This document shows positions 1 to 13,833 of a DNA stretch of 64,000 nt, piece by piece; positions within the stretch are counted from its first letter, which is position 1, and each line of letters starts with the position of its first letter. The notes beneath the pieces are model-generated. The model saw only the letters and a program-made list of their open reading frames with translations, was not told the origin of the DNA and ran no database searches. The position numbers and the translations under genes are program-made. The DNA is taken from positions 30,990,213-31,054,212 of the forward strand of contig OZ234493.1 of assembly GCA_965153455.1 (NCBI GenBank). Direction: 5' to 3'. Source of the DNA: Sphagnum compactum. Its lineage: Eukaryota.

Positions 1-29
1 AATACACTCAATTTTGGCCAAGCACACTA

Positions 30-1060
30 CCCTGCACAGAAGTATCCCCAGTGCTACTGCTGATATAATTGTTGTGCTTGCCCTCAACTCCCTGTCTGTT
101 GAATGCCACAGCCATACTGCTCGACACAAAGTCCAGTAAGAAAGAATTCAGTCCTTGTCACAACATGGAGAGATCTTCTGTTGATGTCCATAGCCAAAAC
201 AGAGAATCTAATACAGGAAAGAGTGATCCTGCAAGAACCTTTCTCATACATTCCAGTGGAAAAAAACTCCTCCTTTCAGAAACAGATTACTAGGATATAT
301 TTGATGTTAAACTGTCCTCCAAAATCACCCTTTGTTTATACTCTCATTCATTGCACACTATGGTGCTAATTACTATAGGATTGTACATGCTTTGCAATCA
401 CATGTTTGGAAGCAGGAATACAGGAGTTTTACACTTATAAATCAAGGTAAAGACTAAACAAAGTGGAGGTGGACAAATCTTCCTACTCTTTTATCAAAAG
501 AAGAAAATCTCTAAACTGTTAGTACATGATCTTTGTGCAAAATGAAATTTCATGTTTAAATGTTGTTGCTTCTCAAGTGGTCCTGTTGTAAAGCTTTTAC
601 TGTCACTTCTGTTGTGAGGAAGTTCCCTATTAGCATGCATTTTCAAGTTGAGCAAGCAACTGGGTAGTGGTACCAAATCTTTACCCAGGTTGTGATGAAC
701 CCATTACACAACCATCTACACTACATGTATTCATGATCAATCCTCATATTACTCTGGACAATGAAATAGAGCACAACCAAAGAAATGGACATTTCACCTC
801 ACGAAAATATCATGTCATTGGTTGTTGATCTAGACCTTGAGGGTTTCCAATATTGCATTGCACAATTTGCAAGTCTAAAGTCAGACTGTTGCTCAAGTAT
901 TCCATGACTTACATTATAGTTCTCGTTGGTCTTCTCCATTCTCTGTTCTACCCCTTTCTCCTGATCTGCCTATTTCCTCACTTGTTCACGAAGATCCTCA
1001 ATAAACCCACTGTGATTCATAAATTACATCAGAAAGATTCTCCAGGAGATCGGAAAATAT
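30..1060 (-). pseudogene. Possible decayed exons of an unidentified gene
   Basis: Minus-strand stretches read like protein but contain stops or frameshifts (FFPLECMRKVLAGSLFPVLDSLFWLWTSTEDLSML*QGLNSFLLDF...; EDLREQVRK*ADQEKGVEQRMEKTNENYN followed by GTAAGT donor near 912). No family recognised. Confidence 0.25.
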
Positions 1061-1879
1061 TAGTCTTCACAGTTACAAATAGAGCCCTTAGACCAAGATG
1101 CTCAGGAAAGAGCCACAACGTATTCTCATACTAGTTCTTATCCCACATGCCAAGTGGCCATGACCTTCAACATGCAAACCTGCAACAATGATATTATATT
1201 CTCAATGTGCACACGATAGCCAACACTACAAGGATACATAGCTTAGACAATATACTTTCATGTTACAATGTTTTGCAATTCAAAAATTGCAAATCCATAA
1301 GAGTTCTAGCACCCATTGTGAAATGTTTATCAACAATTAGAAAAAAAAGGTTTGCAAAAAGTGCTTTCATATTTAAACAACAAACTAATTATTTCTTATA
1401 TTAGCTTGTCCTTGAGGCTTGAAATGCAAATTTCCTTTTCACTTTTTAAATGCCCATCATCATTTCTGTATTGTGTTATGGCCCTTCATTCAACATTCAA
1501 GACTTTATGGAGATTGAATCAATTGTGAATAACATTTGATCTTGCAATCATTTCTTTTCAATTTGTATCTAGTTAAAGATTCATTCATTCATTCATTTGT
1601 TTTCCCTAAAAGTCTATACATACATACATACATACATAGATGCTTTCCACATTTGGTTTGGCTAAATCAATGACACATGAAGGAAAATATTGATTTGGTG
1701 ATTTTAACTAATAATATTGTATTTTTTCAAATTCGACCACTTCAGAATTTTTGATTGAAATAAGATTTTTTGCAACCAAATTTGAAACAAGACAAGCCAA
1801 TCCCCCAAGTGAAATCAAACTTCAAAATGTTATGCCAAGAAATATTGTGATTTGATGCAGAACTAACATAAACCATGCT

Positions 1880-2350
1880 TACATTTTTTCAAAATGGAGT
1901 ACCAAATAATAGTTGGTGGTATTGATTCAATGTCAACATCCTAACTTAACCATTCGTCAAGCAGAAGGATTGGATACGAATGAGCATAGGGACTCACACC
2001 ATTCGTCTTGCAAAAGCTTTTGAAGCAACTTACAATCCCTCTACAATAAGCATAGCTATTGTCTTTCAATCACATTTGAAATTCTAATAAATTGAGATTC
2101 AAGCAAGTAGGCAGTCATGTGCAAAGGTTTTAGCCAAGTAAGGCTCCCAACAAGTGTACAAAACCATATTCAAATATAGGGAATGGTTGATTATTAATTT
2201 TGTTATTAATGTAGCTAGAACATTTTTGCCAAGGTTCTATATATTCAAAAGAAAGAGAATGCACGATGACTACATACAATAATGTGAATTAGGAACATGT
2301 ATGGCTATGCAAATAAACATTAGAAAGAATCTTGTCTTTTGCAACCAAGA
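1880..2350 (+). mobile_element. Degenerate pogo/Tigger (CENP-B HTH + DDE-1) transposase relic, N-terminal part
   Basis: Broken frames give FQNGVPNNSWWY*F..HPNLTIRQAEGLD and FYIFKRKRMHDDYIQ*CELGTCMAMQ, resembling pogo-family HTH/DDE-1 motifs; multiple stops and frameshifts. Confidence 0.55.
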
Positions 2351-4289
2351 AATCAATGACTAGATGTTTTAAATGATTACATATTGATTGTAATTATAGG
2401 ATATTACTTCATATCCTATGTGAATAAAAATCATAATCATATACTAGTGGTGCATTTGACAAGAAAATAATGACATGGTAATAGGAAAAATAACATCATT
2501 TTTTCATTGCAAGTATTCATCCATATGGCTTCCATGATTGATGACAAAATGAAGTGGATGTCTAAAATATCACTTGAAAACATGACTAAGATTAAATCAT
2601 TTAAAATATAATTAAAGTATGCAAATGACGTGAACAAAATGATGTGTCATTACATAAACAATGTGGTCATACAATTATTTTTCAATGTTTCAAAAATAAC
2701 TATTAATAATTTAATATGAATATAAATAGACATAATGAACTACAACCTGTAAAAAAAAAATTGATTAATATTATAGATATAGGTAATACAAAATCCTTAT
2801 TCAAATTTTTAAAAAATATACTTGATATATAATCCATTTTAAATATTCAACGTGAATAAATTAAATATTATACATTGAAATAAAATTTAATGGTAAAAGT
2901 ATGATATATTATAATTATTTTTTATATTTTAATTTTAAAGTAAAATAGAAGTGTAAGAGGTGGGAATACATAAATTATTTTTACATTAAAAATTTATCAT
3001 AAATTTAAGTAAACATATATAAAATATATGTATATAAATAAATTTATTTATTTTACATGTGTAAAAAATACATTATTACACAATTATATTAGATTATATG
3101 TGTAAAAATGAATAAAATTTATAATTTCAGAAAATTTATTTATATTCCTATTATTATTATTATTATTATCATCATTCAAATTAAATTAAAATATTTAAAT
3201 TAAGTTTATACATCATTTTCAATATGATTAATGTAAATACATGGTGGTATGAACTTGGAAATGGAAAAAATACAAACTTCAACATCATTTAAATGTCTTT
3301 TTTTGAAAAATCACTAAATTTAGACTGTAAGAATGGACTTTCATCCACCCATTTTGGATGAGTGTAATGTGCATTTACCTTAAATTCCTAAATCAAATGA
3401 AGATTTAAGATGTGAAAAATATATTTTATTAATTCATGTATTAGCCATAAGGTTTTCCCATCTACATAATGTTTGAATTTAAATTTTCGAAAGAATGGCC
3501 ATTGAAATGTTATTCAGTAACAAAATTCAAATAATTTTCTTTTGAATTGTATTTACATTTTTCGAAAATAAATTATATAGTTGTGTACATTATTGAAGAA
3601 AATTTATGAATAAATTTCATTCTTTTCATTTAAACAAAATTATTAATAAGATATGAATTATCAAATTTGAAGTTTTGTGTAATGTTTAAGTGAAGTCTGG
3701 CTTAAATAGAATTAAAATAAATAAAAATTAAATTATTAACATAAAGTGGGGTGGCTTGTTGGTAAAGATGTTGAATTCCATCCTTGGGGTCCAAGGATCA
3801 AACTTCACAAATGACATTTATTATGGTCAACATTGGAATATTGATTGAATATTCTATGCCTATTTATATTACCTAGGTTAAGTGATTACATAGGTGGGTT
3901 TAAGTAGGTAAATAAAGTGGTTTAGTTAGCCACTTGAATTAGGTTTTTAACCTAGCTTAGGTGGTGACACATGTCAACAATTGAACGGATATAAAATATT
4001 GAAATAAAAAATAATTCAAATAAAAATGTATCTTATTATTTATATTATGTATAACAAATTTATAATACTAAATATTATAATTTATAATAATAAATATTAT
4101 AAATTTAAAAATAATGTTCCCCGAATTTTTGGGTTTAAATTGTAGTAATAAAAATGATTAAACAATGATTAAATTATTATTAATGACTTCACATATGTCC
4201 TTTATGATTAATGTATGATATTTACCACATCATGTCTTAAATGATTATTGTTCTAAATAATTTGTTCATAATGACTTTAAAGCTATTAA

Positions 4290-7200
4290 TGTCACAGATG
4301 ACAATGACATGAGGTTCATCATTTGAATGTTCATCCATGACTTGTAATAAATTTGTATTTAACTTTTAATTGAATTTTAGTTCATTTTTAGTTAACTCGC
4401 ATTCACTTTCAATTCACTTTTAATTAACCCTTAGTTCACTTTTAGTTCATTCTTAATTAACTTTTAATTCGCTTCCAAGTTAATTTTTAATTCACTTCTA
4501 GTTTATTTATACTTCATTCTTAGTCAACTTATAATTTACTTTTAATTGAATTTTAATTCACTTCTAATTGAGTCTTAGTTTATTCATAGTTCACACATGG
4601 GTGCACATTGACACACATTGGTGAACATGGGTCACATGTAGATTAGAAATTTCTTGAGAAATTTCTTTTGAATTAAGTTCCCCAGGGGTATAAATGGAAG
4701 TAAAATTCCCCATTACTTTTAGTTTGTTCAACACCAATTTTGGGTACCTTTTTTGTCATAGCCTTGTTCTGTTTTCATTTTTTCCTTACAATAAAATCTT
4801 ATTGGATACTTGTTCCACATGTGTCATGTTTTTATTCTTGTTCTTCTTATTTCACAATTTGGATTTGGAACTAAGCCAACCTTTATTCTCGTTTTGGTTA
4901 GGAAATCCTATAGACTTGATTATTTTTGTACTCATGACAATTAGTCATTTTTGTCTTTTATGACTAGAATAATAGTCATAAACTCAGTGTCATAGATGGT
5001 AATGCCATGTAATTCATTCATTTGAATGTTCATCCACGATTTGTAATGAACTTGCATCTAATTCCTATTTAATTCTAATTCACTCTCAGTTATCTTTTAA
5101 TTAAGTTGTAGTTCACTTCTAGTTCATTTGCATTTAACTTTTAGTACACTCTTAATGCACTTTCAACTCACTTCTAGTTAATTCTTAGTTAACTTTTAGT
5201 TAAATTCAAATTAAGTCCCAGTTTAGTTCTAATTAAGTCTAAGTTATTTCCTAGATAGCTCCCAATTAACTTTTACTTAAGTCATAGTTAATTCCCAATT
5301 AACTCTCAGTCAATTTTGAGTTAAGTTTTAATTAAGTTTTAATTAATTCATAGTTGACTCTTAATTATGAAGGTTTCTTTTTAAAAAATTATTTGATGCA
5401 CACATAGAAGTTTTTTTAAGCTAAGTCCTCAAAAGGGTATAAATATAAATAGGACCCTCATTTCCTTCAGTCTGTTCAATACTAATTTTAAGCACGATCT
5501 TGCACCATAACCTTGTCATGTTCTTTTCATGTTCATGTATGCATATGGTAGCAAAATAAAGATTCGTTTTCATGTTTGTCTTGCACATCTCGTGTTCTTG
5601 TTCTTAGTTCTTATGTTTTTGTTTTTGAATCACATAATCTCGTCTTGTTCCTTGTTTGAAAGTTAGACGTGGACCTTTCTTTTAGCCTTTATTCTTGTGG
5701 TTTTTTGCGTCTTTGACATTCGGTCATATATTTAAAGATTTTTAGCAGTGAAAATAGTTGCAAATGACACTTTTCATTACATTGGACAAATCACAAAATG
5801 GGTTTTTCCTATTAGTGGATGTGGCATGTTTCAAACCCATAAAAACAACCTTTTAAAAAAAAATTATGCAATGGTTAAAAACAATTATTGCAAACTAGAC
5901 AAGAGAACTTTAGTAAGTTGGGTAGACAAATATTTAGACCAAGCTTTGATCAAGACAAACATAATGGCCAGGTTTAGAACTACAAGGATCTAGTTATTAA
6001 ACCTTAACGCCATGGATGAGAAAACAAACCCTAGTAGTGTGTACACAATAGTCAATGTGACCAGGGACAAAAATGATGATCACATATCAAATTAGGAGGA
6101 AGATGATGAAACCTAATGGGGAGAAGGTCTTTAGTTGCAATAGAGATGTTTAACGTAACAACAATAGGTTTAGAGTCACAAGCTAATGATATGCATGAAA
6201 ATCTACCCAGGTACTATGTGGTTATGCTTCAAATCCATGTGGCCACAAATTAAGACATCATAATAGATCCAACAAATTTTGTTTTGAACATAGACAACAC
6301 TACATTGGAGGTGGAAACTAATTACAAGAATTCTAAACACTTAACTTAGGAAACATTGTCAACTAGCAATCTATTTTCCTTACCACATATCCTTATAAAA
6401 CAAATGCATGGAAAGAGCGATTAATAGATTGTTCACAAAACCACATTGTAACTTCAACTTAATATTTAAACATCATGTGATAAAAAGGTATTTAAAATCA
6501 AGCAATAGAAGAAATCACACAGATGTAAAGGAAGGAAATGTAAGAGAAGCAAGTTAAAAAGGTTACAAGTTCATTGATTATAATTGAAAGAATAATTTGA
6601 GGGGAATTTGAAAAACAACAAATGGAAAATTTTATCTTAGCTTGGTCGACCAATGTGGCTCAAAAGGCAAGAAAAAGGTTACATTAGAATTACCAAGTTG
6701 GCCTATGAATTCACCCACTTGGTTATAGGGATGTTGACTCAGGCTGGACAACAAAGGTTTAAAGAAAATTTATATAACAGAATAAGGCATGTATGTGTCA
6801 CGAATGCTAACACCATGAGTTCACATATGAATGTTCATCCATAATTTGAAATGAACTTATACTTAATTCTTAGTTTACATTATGAGAAAATCATCTTTGT
6901 TGCAACTAGGTTATCTACTTGTAATCTAGTTCTATTGGACATTTTTTAGTTGCAACGAACAAGTTGCAATGGACACGATTTTTTCATAGTGTTAGTTTTA
7001 GTTCACTCTTAGTTAACTTTTAATTAAATTTTAGTTAACCTATAGTTCATTTCCAATCAACTATTAATTCACTTTTAGTTAAGTCATAATTCATTTTTAA
7101 GTAAATCTTAATTCACTTTTAGTTAACTCTTAGTTCATTTCCAATTCACTTTTAATTAACTCTCAATTCATTCTTGGTTGAATTTTAGTTCACTTTAATT

Positions 7201-7520
7201 AATTCATAATTCACACATGGGTACACATGGGCCACATCTAGGTTAGAAGTTTAAAAAAAACTTCCTTGAACAAGGTGCCCAATAGGTATATTTATGGAAG
7301 TAGAATTCCCCATTACTTTTAATTTGTTCATTGTTAGTTTTGTAGTACATTTTTTTGTCATAGCCTTGTTTTATTCTCATTTCTTCCTTGCAATAAAATC
7401 TTGTCGGATTTTTATTTTGCACGTGTTGTGTTCTTTTTCTTGTTTTTCTTGTTTCATGATCGAGATTTAGAATTAGGCATATCTTTATTCTCATCCTGGT
7501 TAGGAAATTTTGTAACCTTG
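4290..7520. repeat. Three degenerate copies of a repeat with ~11-bp AATTCACTTTT/TTAGTTAAC microrepeats (approx. 4290-4940, 5000-5560, 6810-7520)
   Basis: Shared anchors 'tgaatgttcatcca', 'ttcacacatgggt..aca', 'aattccccattactttta' and 'gtcatagccttgtt' recur between the blocks. Confidence 0.7.
5790..6020 (+). mobile_element. Degenerate pogo/DDE-1 transposase relic, C-terminal part
   Basis: ORF 5748..5993 and read-through: LDKRTLVSWVDKYLDQALIKTNIMARFRTTRI*LLNLNAMD matches the typical 'NIxxGFRxTGIWPLN' tail of DDE-1 transposases. Confidence 0.55.
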
Positions 7521-7969
7521 ATTGTTTTTATAAACAATATGCAAGCAAAAATGACATGTAGCAATTTTGCCACAATTTCAAACATATGTCTAATAAGTAA
7601 GAGGAGGGTGGGGGGTGGGGGCCTATAATAAAACACCACAAGGATCAACTTTAGAGCACCAACACAAAACTAAGAGCATGATGATGAAACAAAAGGAACA
7701 CAAGTTGAGAATGAAAATCACAACCACAAAGATGAAGATCCTTGGGGAAGTCATTCCTTGTATATTTTAAGAAACATTTGAGACAAAAGGATATTTTTTG
7801 ATATGTTATGAAATTATGGCATATTCTTAGCATATTGTAACTATACTGTAAATATATTTTCAAAATGAATTATTAGCATCCTATTTACATTTAAATTATT
7901 TTAATTTATTTTTTAATAAATTGCACCTTTTTTTTTTTGCACACCGTTTATAAGAAAATGGAAGTGACC

Positions 7970-8760
7970 TCTCGAGGTGAAGATCAGAACTAGTAGTAAA
8001 AGGGATGGCAACAAAGAAAATGACGATCATGAATGGCATAATAGATTAAGTGTGCAACCAAGAAGATGAAGATCGCAATCAAGAAAATGAAGATCACAAC
8101 CAACAATAGAAAAAGAATGGACTAGGAACATAATAATCATCATTAGGAAGATGAAGATTGTAACCATGAATAGAAGGATAGTGGACCAAAAAATTAAAGA
8201 TCACGATCGGCAACAAGAAGATAGGAGACCATGAAATGAATATCGCAATCACAAAGAATAAAATCATGACTAGGATGATGAAGGTCACAACCATGAACAA
8301 GAATTTAAAAATTAAGACCACAAATAAGATCAAGATCACGACCAAGAAGATGAAATTGTGACCATGAACAAAAGAAGATGAAAATTATGACCTACAACAA
8401 ACAAACAATGTGACTAGGAAAATGATGATCATAACTCGTAGCAAAGGGAGTGTGATTAGCTAGATGAAGATCATAACTAGTTACAAAGCAAAATCATGAA
8501 ATAACAAAAGGAGAATGTGACCATGAAGATGAGGATCATGACTAATTATAAAACAAGAGCACAAAGTAGTAAAAGGAGAACACAACCAAGAAGATTAAAA
8601 TCACAACCATTTACGAAACAAGAGTGCAAAGTAATAAAAGGAGAGTGCGATCACAAGGATTAAGATCACACCCAGCTACAACTAACTACAAAACAAGAGC
8701 ATGACCAAGAAGACGATCATCACGACCATGAAGAGGAAGAAGCTTGAGCAAGGATCAATT
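7970..8760 (+). repeat. Degenerate purine-rich tandem array (GATGAAGATCACGACC-like units)
   Basis: Many recurrences of 'gatgaagatc(a/g)', 'atcacaacc' and 'gaccaagaag'. Confidence 0.7.
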
Positions 8761-9417
8761 CAAGCTAAAGTTCTTGGGATGGAGGAGGAAGCTATGGAAA
8801 ATGTGGTTACTATGCCCAGAGTTTAGCACTACGATTCGGATTCAAAATATTAGGGTTCATGGAACATTGATATTCCTATGGCCATAGATCTTTTACCCCA
8901 TTTTTAGATTAAATCAGAACCACAAAAGTCAATGTGAATGTTTATTTAATGAGATATGTTTAATTTGGACATCATCCATTTTTATGAAAGATGAGGAATT
9001 GTTCATTTGCTAATTGTTGAATGTTTGGTTATAGGAGGGAGAAATAGCCCTTGAGGGCTGTAGCCTGAGGGTGTAGACCCCAAAATTAAGGTAGGCCCTT
9101 GAGAGCAGGCCTTCCCAAGCGTAAAGCAGAAGTGGTTCTTTCATTCAAACAGTGGAAGGTTTGCATGTGATCAGCCAATGGGTCCTTCAACTGAGGAAGG
9201 AGGTGCTTTCAAATACAAGGAAAAAACCCTTGGAGTGCTTTAGTATGTCTAGTATGAGTACCTAGTATGTCTTCCTTCACAAGAGATTATTTATTGTAAG
9301 TTTTATGAGAACAATACAATATTATTTTCTGTACAATTTAACAATTTCAACAATTTTCTATAAATGAAAATTCATTTGATTTAATAATCAGAATGCTTTT
9401 GAGATGTACCTACCCAA

Positions 9418-9738
9418 TAAAACAATGGGTGTGTCACACTGTGGCCTTGCCATTTCCAATAAGAAGTATCCTAAGGCAAATGAAAAGAATTATGGAAACT
9501 CAAATATTTCACCATGCAAAAATATAACCTTCAAAAAATCCTCTAAAAAAAACCAAAATCCTTCAAGATATTATAACGCTATAACTAATCTCAAGTTTCA
9601 ACACAAGCCAAAATATCATCTTTCAAAAATCCTCATATAAAAATGGACCTATTACCTAGGGGCCAAAATCCCTTAAGCTACTATACTCTATAATGAATCT
9701 AAACACAATATCCTTGCCTTGGTAGGCAAGGCCGACAA
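9418..9738 (+). repeat. ~320-bp dispersed repeat, copy A (uninterrupted; empty site for the 13223..16049 Helitron)
   Basis: Highly similar to 12959..13222 joined to 16050..16104. Imperfect inverted ends TGTGGCCTTGCC / GGCAAGGCCGACA suggest a MITE. Confidence 0.85.
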
Positions 9739-10583
9739 TTATCCTCCATGGGTCACCTTATAGTTTGGCCCCTAGTTGTAATTTGGCAATAAACCAGATA
9801 TGAAGTATAAATCTTTGAACATCCTTTTATATTTTTGGTTACACACTGGAAACCAAATATAGAAATATGGTGACTTTTACTTCTTTTTTTCTTGCTCATT
9901 TGTATTGAATAAGAATTTCCAAAATCACATCATATCATTTTAAAATTTAATATTTTCACTTTGGATGAGATGTCACCTCTCCAAAACAAGCTACTATGCA
10001 GATTTTTTAAAACTTTTTGTGAAATTTCTCCTAAATGTGAAAGATAAAAAATCAATTCAGTTTACAATATTCCCATTTTCCTGGAAAAAAAAATATTGGA
10101 AAAAAACTTTCACAACATTTGGACTACAATTTTTGTTTGGTAGCATTCTTTAAACTAGGTTTTTTTACTACCTAAGATCCTGTGGCCATTTAATGCTACA
10201 TCCCTCTTGGGATGCTAGCCACTGGCACAACATCAGAAAATTGAAAATAAAATAAAATAAAATAAAATAATATATATATATATATCACAGCTGCTGTGGG
10301 TCCATTGGATGAATGTTTTCCTTTGATCTTTAGATATGCCAAAGCAGTAATCTACCTTTTCCCTTCAAATCTATCCATGACAATCCTTAAATTATGGAAT
10401 GTTCCTGAACTTGAAAGGTGGAGGTCCTGAGAAATGATATGCCCAGTTGCCAGAGTCAATCAGCACCCACCAGTGCACCACCAACTCCATGGTCATTATG
10501 AATCATAACTCACTTGTGGATGAACTTCAACTGAGTTAATAATATCTAAGAACTTGTTATGTAAGAAGTAGGTCCTATTCCTA

Positions 10584-11026
10584 TCTATCTATGAAGTAAG
10601 GGAGTTTGTTTTGTTTTGTTTTGTAGTTATGAGATCCACCGAATTTGGGATGCTTCTGATCGTGTTGTTAGTGTCTTTGGAAAGCTCTTGACAAGGAGGG
10701 GTGCATGGGCTTGGTTCCATGGTGTTTGGACTTGAGGTGCAAAAGTTCTTGAATATTGAATGATTTCTTCACTGAAAATTAAATTAAATCATAGATGAAA
10801 ATTTCAGAGGAATTGGAATGTGCCTTTGGTGTTGTTGGAAAGATCTTGATGAGCAGGATTTAATGGAATTTATTTGGTAAGATTTGGATTCAGAATGTGG
10901 GAGATATTGATTTAAAAATGATTTCTGCCGCTGAAAATTCAAATAAATTCCAAAAAACCAGGTTTTGGAAGGAAAAATCAGTTGAGGACGTGGTAACACT
11001 TGGATCAATGGCACATGCCACACTAT
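10584..11026 (+). mobile_element. ~440-bp non-autonomous Helitron-like repeat, family H1 copy 1
   Basis: A|TCTATCTATGAAG start and ...GGCACATGCCACACTAT|T end; similar along its length to 17320..17756 (-) and 26233..26663 (+); no TSD. Confidence 0.75.
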
Positions 11027-12958
11027 TGTGTATATATATATATATGCACACATAGAGAGATAGTAGGTAAGAAAATAGGTGACCATTAGGGAAGTAGATG
11101 GTTTATATTTTTTGGCTACCTACTTACTAGAACTTATCATAAAAAAATCTGGGAATCTGGGGAAAAAAAAGAAAAGAAAAGGAAATCTGGCGATTCTGGG
11201 CCATTGTTAAAATCCTTTGTATAGGTCTAAATCATATTTTTCAAGTCGAAATTTGGCAAAATTTCACCACCAAAAAAAGGACACTGGTACTCACTTTGAC
11301 AAGTGAAAATTGTTAGTTTCAGTTCCAGTTGAACCAGTGTTGGCCAGGTATCATAATTTTCTCATATTTGCTGGATCTGGTTTTTACAAAATAACTTACA
11401 AGGTTTTGGTTTTCATTTTGTATTCTTAAAAAAAAATCACCATACTGAGACAGGGTATCAATATCTTTCTAAAATAAATTTGAACCGGTTCTCACAATGT
11501 TGATTCTCATTAATTTGAAAACAGTTGGTCATCATTTGACAAGTCTCACAAACTGATTATTATTATTTTTCAAATAAAAAATCTTAACCAAAATTACAAA
11601 CAAATTATTGATTTTATTCTTTTTCTTAAAATTCAAAAGAGCATAACCAATAGAGTTATCTATAGAGTAAGAAAAACACAGCATCATCTGAACCCTGAGT
11701 TTGGTCATACACGGGGAGAGATTTTAAAAAAAACCTTGCAAAACAATACATTAGGAGAGAGAAACCCAACAAACAACCAAATTTGTGGTAAGCTGAGTTT
11801 CATCTTGTCTTCCCATTTTCCTGAGCACCTCCACTGCTGTCTATATAGTAAACCCCTTCTATAATCACCCCCATTTTAGTCACATTCTTGTTTGTGTCAC
11901 ACATTTTTTTTTTGGGAACCATCTGTTTTAGTAAGAAATTCAATTTTTTATAATCATTATCACACTCGTTAGTAACACAAAATATTTGCAAATCTTTCTT
12001 TGTAACTAACTGTGACTATAATGAGGAAAACCTAGAGCAAATATTAGGGTTTTATAGATTGTAATTTCCTTTGGCAATGTTAATGCTACTTTGTGTTTAA
12101 GTTGTGCAAACTAAGAACAATGAATTCAATTGAAGAGAAAAAGAAAAAATAACTTTCTAGTGCACACAAGCAAAAAGATATGTGAATTTGTTAAGAAAGC
12201 AAAAAATCTTAATTCAGAAAATCTAATTAACAAGATACACAAGCAAATAGTTAAGAAGGTCAAACTCAATATAAATTGTCATATTAGAACATACAGAAAT
12301 CACAACGTTTTTCAAATCTAATAATGCATAATAGAGTCTAGAATAACATGTGTAAAAAATTTAAACAATTGACACCTTTATTCTATCATAAAAAGAAGTT
12401 TTTGTAAGGTTTTTTTGTCGCCTATAGTCACAATCTTGTAAGGGTTTAGATGAAATGTGAGTATACTACACGTTTAAATCACAGACTACTCAAATTAGTT
12501 CGAACTTTGTACACTAAACATTATACACTGTACTTTGAGAACCTGACTCCGGTAATGAGATTTTATCTCACCTGGGTCTCAATATTTTTTTTTTTTCCTT
12601 AATCTGATTCTTACATAAGTAAGACATGATGATCGGGTTTTCAATCAGGGTATCACTGTGATGCCCTAAAAGGTTAAAATAAAGAAATGCTGGTAACCAC
12701 CCAACACAAGTGGCTTAGACATAAGTAAGGGTTGGTTTTACTACCAATTGTTGGGTTGTTAGTACAATTTGGTTGTTACTTGGTAGATAGTATAGAAAGC
12801 AATTCTAGCTAACCACAACCGTTAGCTAGGGAACTGGAACTTGAGAGAATCCTGTTTCTGACTACTATGTAAAGCACTGGCAATATTTTTTCCACTGTTT
12901 TCTAAAGGCACATTTTTCTAAAGCAAAATCTGTCCTCTGCCAATGCCAAGGCATTTTT

Positions 12959-13222
12959 AAAAACAAAGCGTGTGTCACACTGTGGCCTTGCGATTTCCAA
13001 TAAGAAGTATATTAAGGCAAAAGAAGAATTATGGAAACTCAAATGTTTCATCATGCAAAAATATAATCTTCAAAAAATCCTCTAGAAGAAACCCAAACCC
13101 TTCAAGATATTATAACCCTGTAACTAATCTCAAGTTTCAACACAAGCCAAAATATCATCTTTCAGAAATCCTCATATAAAATAAGACCTATTACCTATGG
13201 GTCAAAATCCATTAAGCTACTA
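12959..13222 (+). repeat. ~320-bp dispersed repeat, copy B left part (continues at 16050..16104)
   Basis: Aligns with 9418..9683 up to ...TTAAGCTACTA; the remainder TACTCTATAATGA(G/A)TCTAAACACAATATCCT resumes at 16050. Confidence 0.85.
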
Positions 13223-13452
13223 TCTATTTATATAATATCCTTGGGTGGTCGTCCTTTCCATCCATTCGTTCCGTCATTCGTCCATCCAAGTTCCTCATCC
13301 CGGAAGAAGAAGATGATGGAACGGGAGGAGGACGACGACTCATGGCGGCGGCAGCAGTTTATCCACATGTTCATGTGATCCTGTTAGCGCAGTTTGTTTT
13401 AGCACTGCGAAATTATTTTTGTGTGGTCTGCAGGAATTTAGCAGAGCGAGTG

Positions 13453-13581
13453 ATGGAGGGCCAGCAACAACAGAAACCAAATGGAGGCACGAAGAAGAAA
13501 GATACCAGTCCGAAGCTGCCAAAGAGAGGAGACATCTTATGGGGGATCGTCACACCAAAGGAGCTCAAAAGTAAGAGATGA
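13453..13581 (+). CDS. 42-aa small ORF inside the Helitron, resembling uncharacterised plant small proteins with an LP(P)KRG motif
   Basis: MEGQQQQKPNGGTKKKDTSPKLPKRGDILWGIVTPKELKSKR; the MEG start and LPKRGxI motif recall the plant 'LPPKRGQIK' small-protein family. Confidence 0.35.
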   Translation: MEGQQQQKPNGGTKKKDTSPKLPKRGDILWGIVTPKELKSKR

Positions 13582-13833
13582 ACAACTTTAAGGCAGTACG
13601 TGGAAGCGCCTGGAGGGAAGTGGTGGCAGTGGAGTTCAAAGAAGACTGGGTTAGTCTTCCAGATGATCAACTCCCTTCCAGGACTAGCTTCCAAGTTTGA
13701 AATTTATCTTTGAGTAACAAACTATGAAAGACTAACCCACTTGAGCTTTCCGTGAGTATACGGTAGTCTATCAACCAAAGAGTCGATTCCAAACTGCAAA
13801 AAATGAAAATTTTTAAGACATCTTCCTGCCCTT

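Noticed and set aside
11335-12708. Possible hAT element bounded by CAGTGTTGG ... CCCAACAC
   Set aside because: The right TIR is degenerate and no 8-bp TSD is visible; insufficient support.
9404-13179. Two similar ORFs (9404..9640 and 12970..13179) suggesting a small gene family
   Set aside because: They lie in copies of a dispersed repeat, differ in frame at the 5' end and show no protein motif.
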